From IMG/VR virus record IMGVR_UViG_2671180279_000001: a stretch of DNA of 15,355 nucleotides. One strand, written 5' to 3'. The stretch comes from a virus. Lineage: Duplodnaviria; Heunggongvirae; Uroviricota; Caudoviricetes. A program made the position numbers and the translations under genes. The notes under the pieces were generated by a model. It worked only from the letters and a program-made list of their open reading frames with translations, was not told where the DNA came from and did no database searches. The first letter of the stretch is position 1; each line of letters begins with the position of its first letter. This document shows positions 7,893 to 15,057 of the stretch, one piece after another.

Positions 7893-9368
7893 TTAGGAGC
7901 GCCAAAAAAAACCTGAAAACAATATAATAACAGGATAAATTTCAAGGCGACCAAGAATCATAGCTATGCACATTAAACATTTTGCAATGTCATTAAGCAC
8001 TCCGAATGACGATGCAGTAGCCCCAAAACCTAATCCCATATTATTAATACATGCAGCCACTGTTGCAAATGATGTAAGAAAATCATATCCCATACCATTT
8101 AACACCAGTATAAAAAACACCGTGAAGAGAGTATAAAGAAAAAAGAAACTCCATACAGACCTCATTACACGATCTGTAACTATCTTCCCTCCTACATTTA
8201 CACTCAACAACGCTCTGGGATGAGAAAGCTGATTTATCTCGTGTTTGCTTTGTTTGAAAAGTATAAGAAATCGAAGTGACTTAATTCCACCACAAGTTGA
8301 ACCTATACATCCCCCAAAGAAACTTGACAACAGCAAAAACACTATCGTGTGCGTGGGCCAACTTGCATAATCCTGCGTAGCTAAACCATTATCAGTGAGC
8401 ATGGAGCTGGCAAGAAAAAACGAATGAATAAAACTTCCATGCAAGTCATACATACCTATATGCCAGACCTGGAAAGAGGTAACAATGATCACCCCTAAGG
8501 CTATTAACAGAAAGAAACGAAGTTCAATATCTCTGATTAAAGGTTTTATCGTTTTCCTGCTAATAACAATATACCAAAGAGTGAAGTTGAAAGCCGATAG
8601 CAGGGAAAAAGAACCAGCCACCAGCTCAACCAAATAGTTATTAAAATATCCGATACTCTCGCTATGAGTTGAGAAACCACCAAGCGAAACTGTGGAAATC
8701 CCGTGACAAATAGCATCAAACAAAGGCATTCCTGCAAGTCTATAACAGACAATACAAGCAATACCTAATAAAGAATAAGTTATCCACAGTGTCCGTGACG
8801 TATCGGCCAGGCGGGGAGTGAGTTTGTCATCCTTAAATGGCCCCGGCATTTCTGACTGATAAAGCTTTGCACCACCAATACCCAATAATGGCAATACAGC
8901 AACCGCCAGAACAATAACTCCTAAACCACCTATAAAATTTAACTGTGACCGATAGTACAAATATGCCCGAGGTAATGAACTAACATCATCAATTACAGTT
9001 GCTCCTGTTGTTGTTATTCCAGAAACCCCTTCAAACAGAGCATCAATGAACGTTAAATTAAGTTCTGAGTCAATCCATAAAGGGAATGCACTAATAACAG
9101 AAAACAAAATCCAAAACATTACAATTATAATAAACCCATCACGGGTACGTAATTGAATGCCAGATTTCTTAGTTGTATACCACGCTCCGCCACCAATGCA
9201 AAAAAATATAACGAAAGTTATAAAGAAAACGAACAGGCTTTTTTCTTTATAAAACAATGCTACAACCATTGGTGGCAACATTGAAAGACTATAGAGCCAA
9301 ACCAGGAACCCACACATATGAGTAACAACTCTTACATGAGATGTATTCATATCTAAATATTCTTTCAA
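7893..9368 (-). CDS. trkG: TrkH/TrkG-family potassium uptake protein (prophage cargo gene)
   Basis: Polytopic membrane protein with selectivity-filter-like glycine motifs (GITTTGATV, GGCIGSTCGGIK, NNMGLGFG); sequence from MNTSHVRVVTH... matches my recollection of E. coli TrkG of the Rac prophage. Strongly AT-rich relative to its neighbours. The start is either a TTG at 9368 with an AGGTGG Shine-Dalgarno or the ATG at 9350. Confidence 0.9.
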   Translation of the reverse strand: MKEYLDMNTSHVRVVTHMCGFLVWLYSLSMLPPMVVALFYKEKSLFVFFITFVIFFCIGGGAWYTTKKSGIQLRTRDGFIIIVMFWILFSVISAFPLWIDSELNLTFIDALFEGVSGITTTGATVIDDVSSLPRAYLYYRSQLNFIGGLGVIVLAVAVLPLLGIGGAKLYQSEMPGPFKDDKLTPRLADTSRTLWITYSLLGIACIVCYRLAGMPLFDAICHGISTVSLGGFSTHSESIGYFNNYLVELVAGSFSLLSAFNFTLWYIVISRKTIKPLIRDIELRFFLLIALGVIIVTSFQVWHIGMYDLHGSFIHSFFLASSMLTDNGLATQDYASWPTHTIVFLLLSSFFGGCIGSTCGGIKSLRFLILFKQSKHEINQLSHPRALLSVNVGGKIVTDRVMRSVWSFFFLYTLFTVFFILVLNGMGYDFLTSFATVAACINNMGLGFGATASSFGVLNDIAKCLMCIAMILGRLEIYPVIILFSGFFWRS

Positions 9369-9396
9369 TTATAACCACCTTGCTGCAATATTATGA

Positions 9397-9430
9397 TTAT
9401 ACTGTATAAAATTTAACTCCTCTTAGATCT
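9397..9430 (-). promoter_or_regulatory. Candidate sigma-70 promoter for trkG (-10 TATAAT at 9397-9402; -35 poorly defined)
   Basis: Minus strand reads cagTATAATcataatattgcagcAAGGTGGttataaTTG; a perfect -10 hexamer about 20 nt upstream of the Shine-Dalgarno. Confidence 0.3.
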
Positions 9431-9487
9431 TACTTCACTGTTCCTTATGAAACAATCATCAAAATGAATCATATTGTAGTTAAGATT

Positions 9488-9952
9488 TTACTTTAAACAC
9501 TGCTCGGTTATGTATTGCTGAGCACCTTCAAGTTGGGCCTGCATCATTACCAGTCGTTCCCGGAGGGTGAAATAATCCCGTTCAGCGGTGTCTGCCAGTC
9601 GGGGGGAGGCTGCATTATCCACGCCGGAGGCGGTGGTGGCTTCACGCACTGACTGACAGACTGCTTTGATGTGCAACCGACGACGACCAGCGGCAACATC
9701 ATCACGCAGAACATCATTTTCAGCTTTCGCATCAGCTAACTCCTTCGTGTATTTTGCATCGAGCGCAGCAACATCACGCTGACGCATCTGCATGTCAGTA
9801 ATTGCCGCGTTCGCCAGCTTCAGTTCTCTGGCATTTTTGTCGCGCTGTTCTTTGTAGGCGATGGCGTTATCACGGTAATGATTAACACCCCATGACAGGC
9901 AGACGACGATGCAGATAACCAGAGCGGAGATAATCGCGGTTACTCTGTTCAT
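9488..9952 (-). CDS. Rz: i-spanin Rz
   Basis: [76 protein letters not shown]... is near-identical to lambda/phage-21-type Rz as recalled; the ATG at 9950-9952 overlaps the endolysin stop as ATGA. The ORF track's GTG at 9964 is probably not the start. Confidence 0.92.
   Translation of the reverse strand: MNRVTAIISALVICIVVCLSWGVNHYRDNAIAYKEQRDKNARELKLANAAITDMQMRQRDVAALDAKYTKELADAKAENDVLRDDVAAGRRRLHIKAVCQSVREATTASGVDNAASPRLADTAERDYFTLRERLVMMQAQLEGAQQYITEQCLK
9547..9732 (-). CDS. Rz1: o-spanin Rz1 (embedded in Rz in the +1 frame)
   Basis: [57 protein letters not shown]...; lipobox VVGC and proline-rich region characteristic of Rz1. Confidence 0.88.
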   Translation of the reverse strand: MRKLKMMFCVMMLPLVVVGCTSKQSVSQCVKPPPPPAWIMQPPPDWQTPLNGIISPSGNDW

Positions 9953-10446
9953 TGCTGACCCCACAAACAGATTTCACGCTCAATCTCACGACGAGTCATG
10001 AGACCTTTCCATTGCTTACCGCCAGCATATGTCCAGCGACGTAGCTGATCACATGCGCCTTTGATATCGCCCTGGTTTATTTTGCGAAGAAGCGTCGATG
10101 TTCTGAAATTGCCAGCACCCACGTTGTAAACGAATGAGTAAAGAGCGCCGCGCGTTGTTTCCGGTATATCGACTTTGATGTACGGGTTAATTTGTCTGGC
10201 GACCGTGGCAAGGTCTTTATTCAGGAGGGCTTTGCATTCTGCTTTGGTATACGTTTTACCGAGCATGATGTCTTTTCCTGTATGCCCGTGACATACAGTC
10301 CATACACCAACAATATCTTTGTATGGTATGTAGCTGACACCTTCCAGACCATCGTTACCACTTGGGCCAGTGATTAACACTGATGCTATAGCAATTGCTC
10401 CGCCACCAATAGCAGCAGCAACGACTTTTCGTAATGATGGAGGCAT
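9949..10446 (-). CDS. R: SAR endolysin (phage-21 R / RrrD-like lysozyme)
   Basis: [33 protein letters not shown]... is a Gly/Ala-rich N-terminal signal-anchor-release domain followed by a T4-lysozyme-like domain; matches DLP12 RrrD / phage 21 R as recalled; start overlaps the holin stop as TAATG. Confidence 0.92.
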   Translation of the reverse strand: MPPSLRKVVAAAIGGGAIAIASVLITGPSGNDGLEGVSYIPYKDIVGVWTVCHGHTGKDIMLGKTYTKAECKALLNKDLATVARQINPYIKVDIPETTRGALYSFVYNVGAGNFRTSTLLRKINQGDIKGACDQLRRWTYAGGKQWKGLMTRREIEREICLWGQQ

Positions 10447-10661
10447 TATTCACCTCTCGCAGCCTTGCGCTTATCTTCTTTAATCTTGAAATAAAGGTTT
10501 GTCAGGTACGTCAGCAGGCCAAATACCAGACTACCCAGCACACCGATTGCAGCCCACTGTGACGGAGTTACTCTATCGAGCAACTGTAAAAACCAGTAGC
10601 CAGCACTGCCTGCGGAGGTGCCGTAGGCAATGCCTGTTGAAATTTTGTCCATGGATTTCAT
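10446..10661 (-). CDS. S: Class II pinholin (phage-21 S21 / EssD-like) with dual-start motif MKSM
   Basis: 71-aa product [71 protein letters not shown] matches S21 as recalled; GGAGGTGAGG Shine-Dalgarno precedes the ATG at 10659-10661, and a second start (MDK) lies at 10650-10652. The 90-aa N-terminal extension in the ORF track is not supported. Confidence 0.88.
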   Translation of the reverse strand: MKSMDKISTGIAYGTSAGSAGYWFLQLLDRVTPSQWAAIGVLGSLVFGLLTYLTNLYFKIKEDKRKAARGE

Positions 10662-10758
10662 AGCCTCACCTCCGCACGGAACGGATGGCATAGTTATTAT
10701 GTGTAGGCTTTCAGACACATCAATCAGAGCCTTAATTGATATATATGCTGGAGACGAT

Positions 10759-10787
10759 GCAATATAAAAAGCTCGCCGTAGCGAGCT
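10759..10787 (-). terminator. Intrinsic terminator downstream of the lipoprotein pair
   Basis: Minus strand reads AGCTCGC-TACG-GCGAGCT followed by TTTTTATATTG (perfect 7-bp stem). Confidence 0.6.
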
Positions 10788-10912
10788 AATAAAATGTATT
10801 TCTCTGATATTATGTTTATTTGTATTAGCTCAGACTTGACATCACAGGTTTCGTATATAGAACATCATCAAATCTGTCAGTTTGCTATGAATGAGATATA
10901 GTAATTGAAGAG

Positions 10913-11308
10913 CTAACCTCGCATGTCAAAGCCAGATTTCTGAAAATCTCTGTAGACTTCCGGATTGTTGAAGGCCGGAAATTTGGCTTTATGAGCTGCG
11001 GACTTTATCGCTTCGCAATAGGCTTTATCACCGTTACTGGTAGATATTTTTAACGCCGTGCCATCCTGAGAGAATTCCATATGCAACCTGCATTTTTTCC
11101 CTTTCCAGTTATGCGGCTCATCAAGTTTGGCATTAATTGCAGCTCTGATTCCCCGCGCTTGCGCCCCCCATTCATCCTGATCATCCCAGCGTCCTGAACT
11201 GCAACTACCTGTAGCAGTAGTTTTGTGGCAATCTGAAGGGTGTAAAGGTGTGCATCCCGCAACAAAACCGACCCAAAAAGTCAACATAACGATTTTCTTT
11301 AATCCCAC
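10913..11308 (-). CDS. Predicted outer-membrane lipoprotein with diverged TolA C-terminal (domain III)-like domain
   Basis: GTG start with GAGGAG Shine-Dalgarno; signal peptide MGLKKIVMLTFWVGFVAGC with lipobox VAGC and Thr at +2; C-terminal region GKKCRLHMEFSQDGTALKISTSNGDKAYCEAIKSAAHKAKFPAFNNPEVYRDFQ shares the spacing and two Cys of the downstream paralog and of TolA domain III. Confidence 0.7.
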   Translation of the reverse strand: MGLKKIVMLTFWVGFVAGCTPLHPSDCHKTTATGSCSSGRWDDQDEWGAQARGIRAAINAKLDEPHNWKGKKCRLHMEFSQDGTALKISTSNGDKAYCEAIKSAAHKAKFPAFNNPEVYRDFQKSGFDMRG

Positions 11309-11458
11309 TTCTTGCTCCTCAATCCATTAAAATCTCAGCAATAGTAGTTGTTACGTCCGCCACTGGCTCAGAGCTGACTATCCGCTAAATTTAGCTCAGT
11401 GCCGTAGCTGTGTCAGAACAAACCTAAGCCGAAACCGTTTATTACAAAACAATAAATA

Positions 11459-11887
11459 TCAGGGTTTAAAATCCAGCACCCCATTTTGAAATACTTTATA
11501 TACTTCCGGCGAAGGGGGGGCAGGTATATCAGCATTCTTTATCGCATTCATCGCTTCACGACATAAATCGAGGTCTCCACTTTCTCTTTTAACCTCCAGT
11601 AGAAGGCCATTCGGGGCCATATGCATTCTCAGTGTACACTCTTTTCCTGAATACTTACTCGCATCCCCGAACTGTTTTTCGATGGCGCTCTTGATTTGAT
11701 GGGCATACAGACGGATATCCTCACTAACATCAGAAGTACGTTCAGATGAACTCACATACTGTGTCTCTATTGCTTTATCGGAGTAATATGATGTACGGTC
11801 ATGATAATTTGTCGATACAGCATCAGTGCACCCGATAATAATCCCACTAATAATCAACGTAAGAATTGATGCGCTACGAAAACCCAT
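11459..11887 (-). CDS. Predicted outer-membrane lipoprotein carrying a TolA C-terminal (domain III)-like domain
   Basis: Signal peptide MGFRSASILTLIISGIIIGC with lipobox IIGC and Thr at +2; C-terminal 80 aa YAHQIKSAIEKQFGDASKYSGKECTLRMHMAPNGLLLEVKRESGDLDLCREAMNAIKNADIPAPPSPEVYKVFQNGVLDFKP align colinearly with the end of chromosomal E. coli TolA as recalled (...YAGQIKSAIESKFYDASSYAGKTCTLRIKLAPDGMLLDIKPEGGDPALCQAA...IPKPPSQAVYEVFKNAPLDFKP), both ending in LDFKP; GAGGA Shine-Dalgarno. Confidence 0.85.
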   Translation of the reverse strand: MGFRSASILTLIISGIIIGCTDAVSTNYHDRTSYYSDKAIETQYVSSSERTSDVSEDIRLYAHQIKSAIEKQFGDASKYSGKECTLRMHMAPNGLLLEVKRESGDLDLCREAMNAIKNADIPAPPSPEVYKVFQNGVLDFKP

Positions 11888-11917
11888 TTTTCCTCACATA
11901 TGTCATATAGTAAAGGA

Positions 11918-11947
11918 TTATATATACCGTTGTTTTGGACGCTCAAA
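11918..11947 (-). promoter_or_regulatory. Candidate sigma-70 promoter for the lipoprotein pair (TTGAGC-18 nt-TATAAT)
   Basis: Minus strand: -35 TTGAGC (11942-11947), 18-nt spacer, -10 TATAAT (11918-11923), about 30 nt upstream of the ATG at 11887. Confidence 0.4.
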
Positions 11948-12473
11948 CAGCGAATCAGATCAAATAAAACGCACATTTGTTAACATTTACACAAAGTCTG
12001 CGTGGGATATTCTGAAAGAATATCCATAATGTGGAGAGAATCTATTGAAGTGCATGGTGCCGGGTGCCTCCCGGTGAACAAAATGTTCGTGATACCTGTC
12101 GGCGACAGAAAAGGTTAATGGTATCACCCCACCGCACAGGGGGATTCACCATGCAGGAGTTTTCTTAGCAAACTCACTGCGCGCCCGGCAACTCCCAACC
12201 ACATAAAATGCGGAGTTTGTGGTATTTATGCATATAACTCGCAGGAATTATCTTAAAAAACTGATGTCGATCCGGATTAAAAAGAAGCAGGTCATCATCA
12301 GATGACTGGAAAAAAGGAAAACAAAAAATACTCATCATACAGTTTTGATTGCAGGGATGAGCCTGCTATGCACAATATGCAGAATATAAGCAAGATAAAA
12401 ATATGCAGGCATATTATTTCGGATTTTGTTATTAACACAACCTTTTTAATAATCATTTGGCATACAATAAACC

Positions 12474-12504
12474 AGCCCAAAAAGAACCGCCTAAACAGGC
12501 GGTT
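12474..12504 (-). terminator. Intrinsic terminator-like hairpin (minus strand)
   Basis: AACCGCCT-GTTT-AGGCGGTT (8-bp stem) followed on the minus strand by CTTTTTGGG. Confidence 0.45.
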
Positions 12505-12823
12505 GGTCAATACAAAGGATGCTTCGTCTTTATTATAGTAATCTGAGGCGTCGGGTGTCTTGTATCAGACAACATATTGTCCCGCTAAACAGCGAATTAC
12601 AAACCACCCTGCAATGATCTCTCATCTCATTTTATATGAGTTGACGACATCAGGATAACGCATCATCAGCCCCTGCCAAGAAATATCAAAACTCCCGCCA
12701 GCAATGTGTTATCACAATATTGTAAAAAAAACACAGCACCGAAACTATAACTGGTCTCTGTTATAATTTGGAGCAGAAAGACCAGTTGCCCAACTAGCAG
12801 CATTCTCCCCTGCTTTCCTGACG

Positions 12824-12852
12824 TAAAAAAACCGCATTAAGCGGTTTTTTTA
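12824..12852. terminator. Bidirectional intrinsic terminator; on the minus strand a tR'-like terminator downstream of the Q gene
   Basis: AAAAAAACCGC-ATTAA-GCGGTTTTTTT: perfect stem flanked by an A7 and a T7 run, about 80-100 nt downstream of the Q stop (12932), the classic position of tR' in lambdoid late regions. Confidence 0.7.
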
Positions 12853-12931
12853 CGATGTCCATGTCTGCAATCCGCCTCGCGATACAGCTTTGCGAAGCAT
12901 AGCAAAATTGAAGCAGTTTATACGTAAGAAA

Positions 12932-13474
12932 TCAAGCCATTTTCTCAGCAAATGATTCACGCATGGGAATATATAGGGCATACTCAGCAACAGCTAACCA
13001 ATTAGCAATCCGTTTTTCGCATGTGCTAAAACACCACTCTGGGTGTGCATCATTTAGCAATTCAGCCATTTTGCGCTTAGTCATCCCCCGCCCTTCATAG
13101 CGTTGCCGGAGAATGCAAATCAATCCTGGATGCTCTGCCAGCACCTCACTTATGACTCGATCAATACATAACGCCTCTGCATCAGTACAATGCGCCAGCC
13201 AGCTCTTTTGCTTGCCGTTGATCATCTCTCGCAAAAACGCTTCCAGCTCAGCTTTCTCTATTCCCGCTTTTTTCATTCTGCGCAGGGCTTCATTAATGGC
13301 TGTTTTCGTCAGTTTTTTGGATGCCAACAACTGATTGAACATATTCCCTGACCTGCCACCGCCAATATACGACCAGCGCCCCCACATACGTAGTTTTCCC
13401 TGAATCCAGACACTTTCCAGCGTGGTGAGGCGAAGGTGTTCTCCGCTTTTTCCTGTATTCGTTGGGTAAATCAT
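12932..13474 (-). CDS. Putative late-gene antitermination protein Q (Q-like, non-lambda type)
   Basis: 180-aa ORF immediately upstream of the tR'-like terminator and the lysis cassette; N-terminal RMWGRW motif resembles the WG-W motif of Q-family proteins (recalled from DLP12 QuuD); start overlaps the upstream stop as ATGA. Confidence 0.55.
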   Translation of the reverse strand: MIYPTNTGKSGEHLRLTTLESVWIQGKLRMWGRWSYIGGGRSGNMFNQLLASKKLTKTAINEALRRMKKAGIEKAELEAFLREMINGKQKSWLAHCTDAEALCIDRVISEVLAEHPGLICILRQRYEGRGMTKRKMAELLNDAHPEWCFSTCEKRIANWLAVAEYALYIPMRESFAEKMA

Positions 13475-13761
13475 AAATGACCTTTCTTTCTCCAGATTTC
13501 TTGTGTGCGAAAAACCCCTTCAGCATGCATCAGGCGCAATTCTTCTTTGGTGTAATCGCTGGTTTTTACCCGCCCGTCGATTAGATCGTGGCATGAGCTA
13601 CAGGCTATCGCCGCCTGCATATCGTGTGGTTTTGTCGCTGTTCCGCACGTCCCCGCCAGCCTGTAATGCGCCAGCACAGAGGTTTCGGGATTGTGATTGC
13701 AGTAGCCAGGGATTCTGATCTGGCACATCTGGCCTTTAGCCGCTTTACGTAAATTCACCAT
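13471..13761 (-). CDS. DUF1364 / YbcO-like phage protein (putative nuclease, Cys-rich)
   Basis: MVNLRKAAKGQMCQIRIPGYCNHNPETSVLAHYRLAGTCGTATKPHDMQAAIACSSCHDLIDGR... is closely similar to DLP12 YbcO as recalled (…LRKAARGRECQVRIPGVCNGNPETSVLAH…); coupled to flanking genes by TAATG/ATGA overlaps. Confidence 0.75.
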   Translation of the reverse strand: MVNLRKAAKGQMCQIRIPGYCNHNPETSVLAHYRLAGTCGTATKPHDMQAAIACSSCHDLIDGRVKTSDYTKEELRLMHAEGVFRTQEIWRKKGHL

Positions 13762-14360
13762 TACGCAAACTCCAGTAGTTGTGCGGCCACATTTTCAACT
13801 TCCTCCTGAGAGGAGAATTTACGGAACAGAATCCAGTTCCACAGCACATTCAGTACAGATTTATAAACCTGCTGAAACTCGACTTCGTCCATATTCGCAA
13901 AAGCGATGGATTTTGCCCGACGCCCACGGCTACCGTCCGGATAAATATGCTCGGTGTAAAATCCGGCCTGAATGGTTACCCACTCGCGGAAAGCCTCAAA
14001 CGACTTTAGCAACGCCGTATCCCGGGTTCTACGAGTCGCAACGGTGTTAAGGTATTGCTCTGCGGCATCACTCAGGGCTGGCGTGTGTTCCCGACCAACT
14101 GATTCGCACAGGTAATCAACGAAACCAGACAGCAGTTCTCGTTCGCGAGGCGTGATCGCCCCACCGACCGGAGTCCAGTAATCGAATCCCAGTTGCAGGA
14201 GTTTGAAAAAACGCTTGTGGAATGCGTAGTTACGCACACGCTTAAAGTCTGCGTGTATCCACTCACCTATTTTGATTTGATGCAGAAAATCGCAACTCTC
14301 CGGCGTCGCCGGGAGAAGTAAACCAGAAGAAGTTTGTTTGACCAGTTGTATATGCGCCAT
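13761..14360 (-). CDS. Nin-region phage protein, DUF1367-like (assignment from memory, weak)
   Basis: 199-aa ORF translationally coupled to the YbcO-like gene; its position upstream of YbcO-like and Q matches lambdoid nin regions. Confidence 0.45.
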   Translation of the reverse strand: MAHIQLVKQTSSGLLLPATPESCDFLHQIKIGEWIHADFKRVRNYAFHKRFFKLLQLGFDYWTPVGGAITPRERELLSGFVDYLCESVGREHTPALSDAAEQYLNTVATRRTRDTALLKSFEAFREWVTIQAGFYTEHIYPDGSRGRRAKSIAFANMDEVEFQQVYKSVLNVLWNWILFRKFSSQEEVENVAAQLLEFA

Positions 14361-14633
14361 TTCTCAATCTCTCGATGGCGCAGTGCAGCAGATGCCAGTT
14401 GTTCAGGCTGACGTATAAAGTATAAATAAACTGGTTCCAGTGTAAAGCCCCCACCTTAATGGAATAAAAACCAAACAACAGATTGCTGGGATACAAACAA
14501 CGCTTATTATTAAAAGCGGTTAAACAAATTAAATTTTAATGTTATGCAAATTTGTCAGATCACCATAATATCTCATTTGAAAACCGCTGAAATAACAATC
14601 CTATCAGGATTAATCATATTAAGGTGAGTAAAT

Positions 14634-14720
14634 ATGGAAAACAACAAATCTGCACATTACGCTCCTTTTTTATCTGTAATACTTTTTGTTTTTTGCTGTG
14701 TATGGGCATTATTTTTATAA
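14634..14720 (+). CDS. Candidate small hydrophobic protein (28 aa) with strong RBS
   Basis: AAGGTGAG Shine-Dalgarno 6 nt upstream of the ATG at 14634; product MENNKSAHYAPFLSVILFVFCCVWALFL has a polar N-terminus and one predicted transmembrane helix; absent from the ORF track because of its length. Confidence 0.3.
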   Translation: MENNKSAHYAPFLSVILFVFCCVWALFL

Positions 14721-14828
14721 AAATATTCACAGATAAAATAAACTCGCCGAATCAGGTTAAGTGTGGGTGCGTTGAGGATGCCTGACACATCAGAGGCGGC
14801 GAGGGATTTCTCCCTCGCCTAGTCACTC

Positions 14829-14984
14829 TTACTCCTCAGGTTCGTAAGCTGTGAAGACAGCGACCTCCGTCTGACCGGTTCGGATTCGCACCTCGCAGAG
14901 GTCTTTCCTCGTTACCAGTGCCGTCACTATGACGGTTAAACAGATGACAATCAGTGCGACTAACATCGCCTTTTGCTGCTTCAT
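14829..14984 (-). CDS. hokD: Hok/Gef-family type I toxin (HokD/RelF-like)
   Basis: 51-aa product MKQQKAMLVALIVICLTVIVTALVTRKDLCEVRIRTGQTEVAVFTAYEPEE matches HokD/RelF as recalled; AAGGAG Shine-Dalgarno 9 nt upstream; a GGCGAGGGA-GAAA-TCCCTCGCC hairpin (14791-14812) just 3' of the stop is consistent with hok mRNA 3' structure. Confidence 0.85.
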   Translation of the reverse strand: MKQQKAMLVALIVICLTVIVTALVTRKDLCEVRIRTGQTEVAVFTAYEPEE

Positions 14985-15057
14985 AGCCTGCTTCTCCTTG
15001 CCTTCCGGCGCGTAAGAGGCTAACCTACATGTGCAAAGCATGAAATTGGCCTCAGAT

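Noticed and set aside
10662-10718. N-terminal extension of the holin ORF to 90 aa ([19 protein letters not shown]...)
   Set aside because: The recalled pinholin is 71 aa and the Shine-Dalgarno (GGAGGTGAGG) lies inside the extension, directly upstream of the MKSM start; the extension is an ORF-caller artefact.
12040-12200. Possible tRNA or tRNA remnant among GC-rich hairpins, as lambdoid phages often carry tRNAs between Q and the lysis genes
   Set aside because: No canonical T-loop (GTTCRANYC) and no acceptor stem/cloverleaf arrangement could be found on either strand.
12298-12510. 70-aa hydrophobic minus-strand ORF (MTNRLFRRFFLGWFIVCQ...) that looks like a small membrane protein or toxin
   Set aside because: It lies in very AT-rich DNA where Phe/Ile/Leu/Lys-rich ORFs arise by chance on both strands, its start codon sits inside a terminator-like hairpin, and I see no Shine-Dalgarno; kept only as part of the AT-rich island finding.
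14263-14496. 77-aa minus-strand ORF overlapping the start of the DUF1367-like gene
   Set aside because: It overlaps the better-supported 199-aa gene in another frame, has no recognisable domain and extends into AT-rich intergenic DNA; likely spurious.
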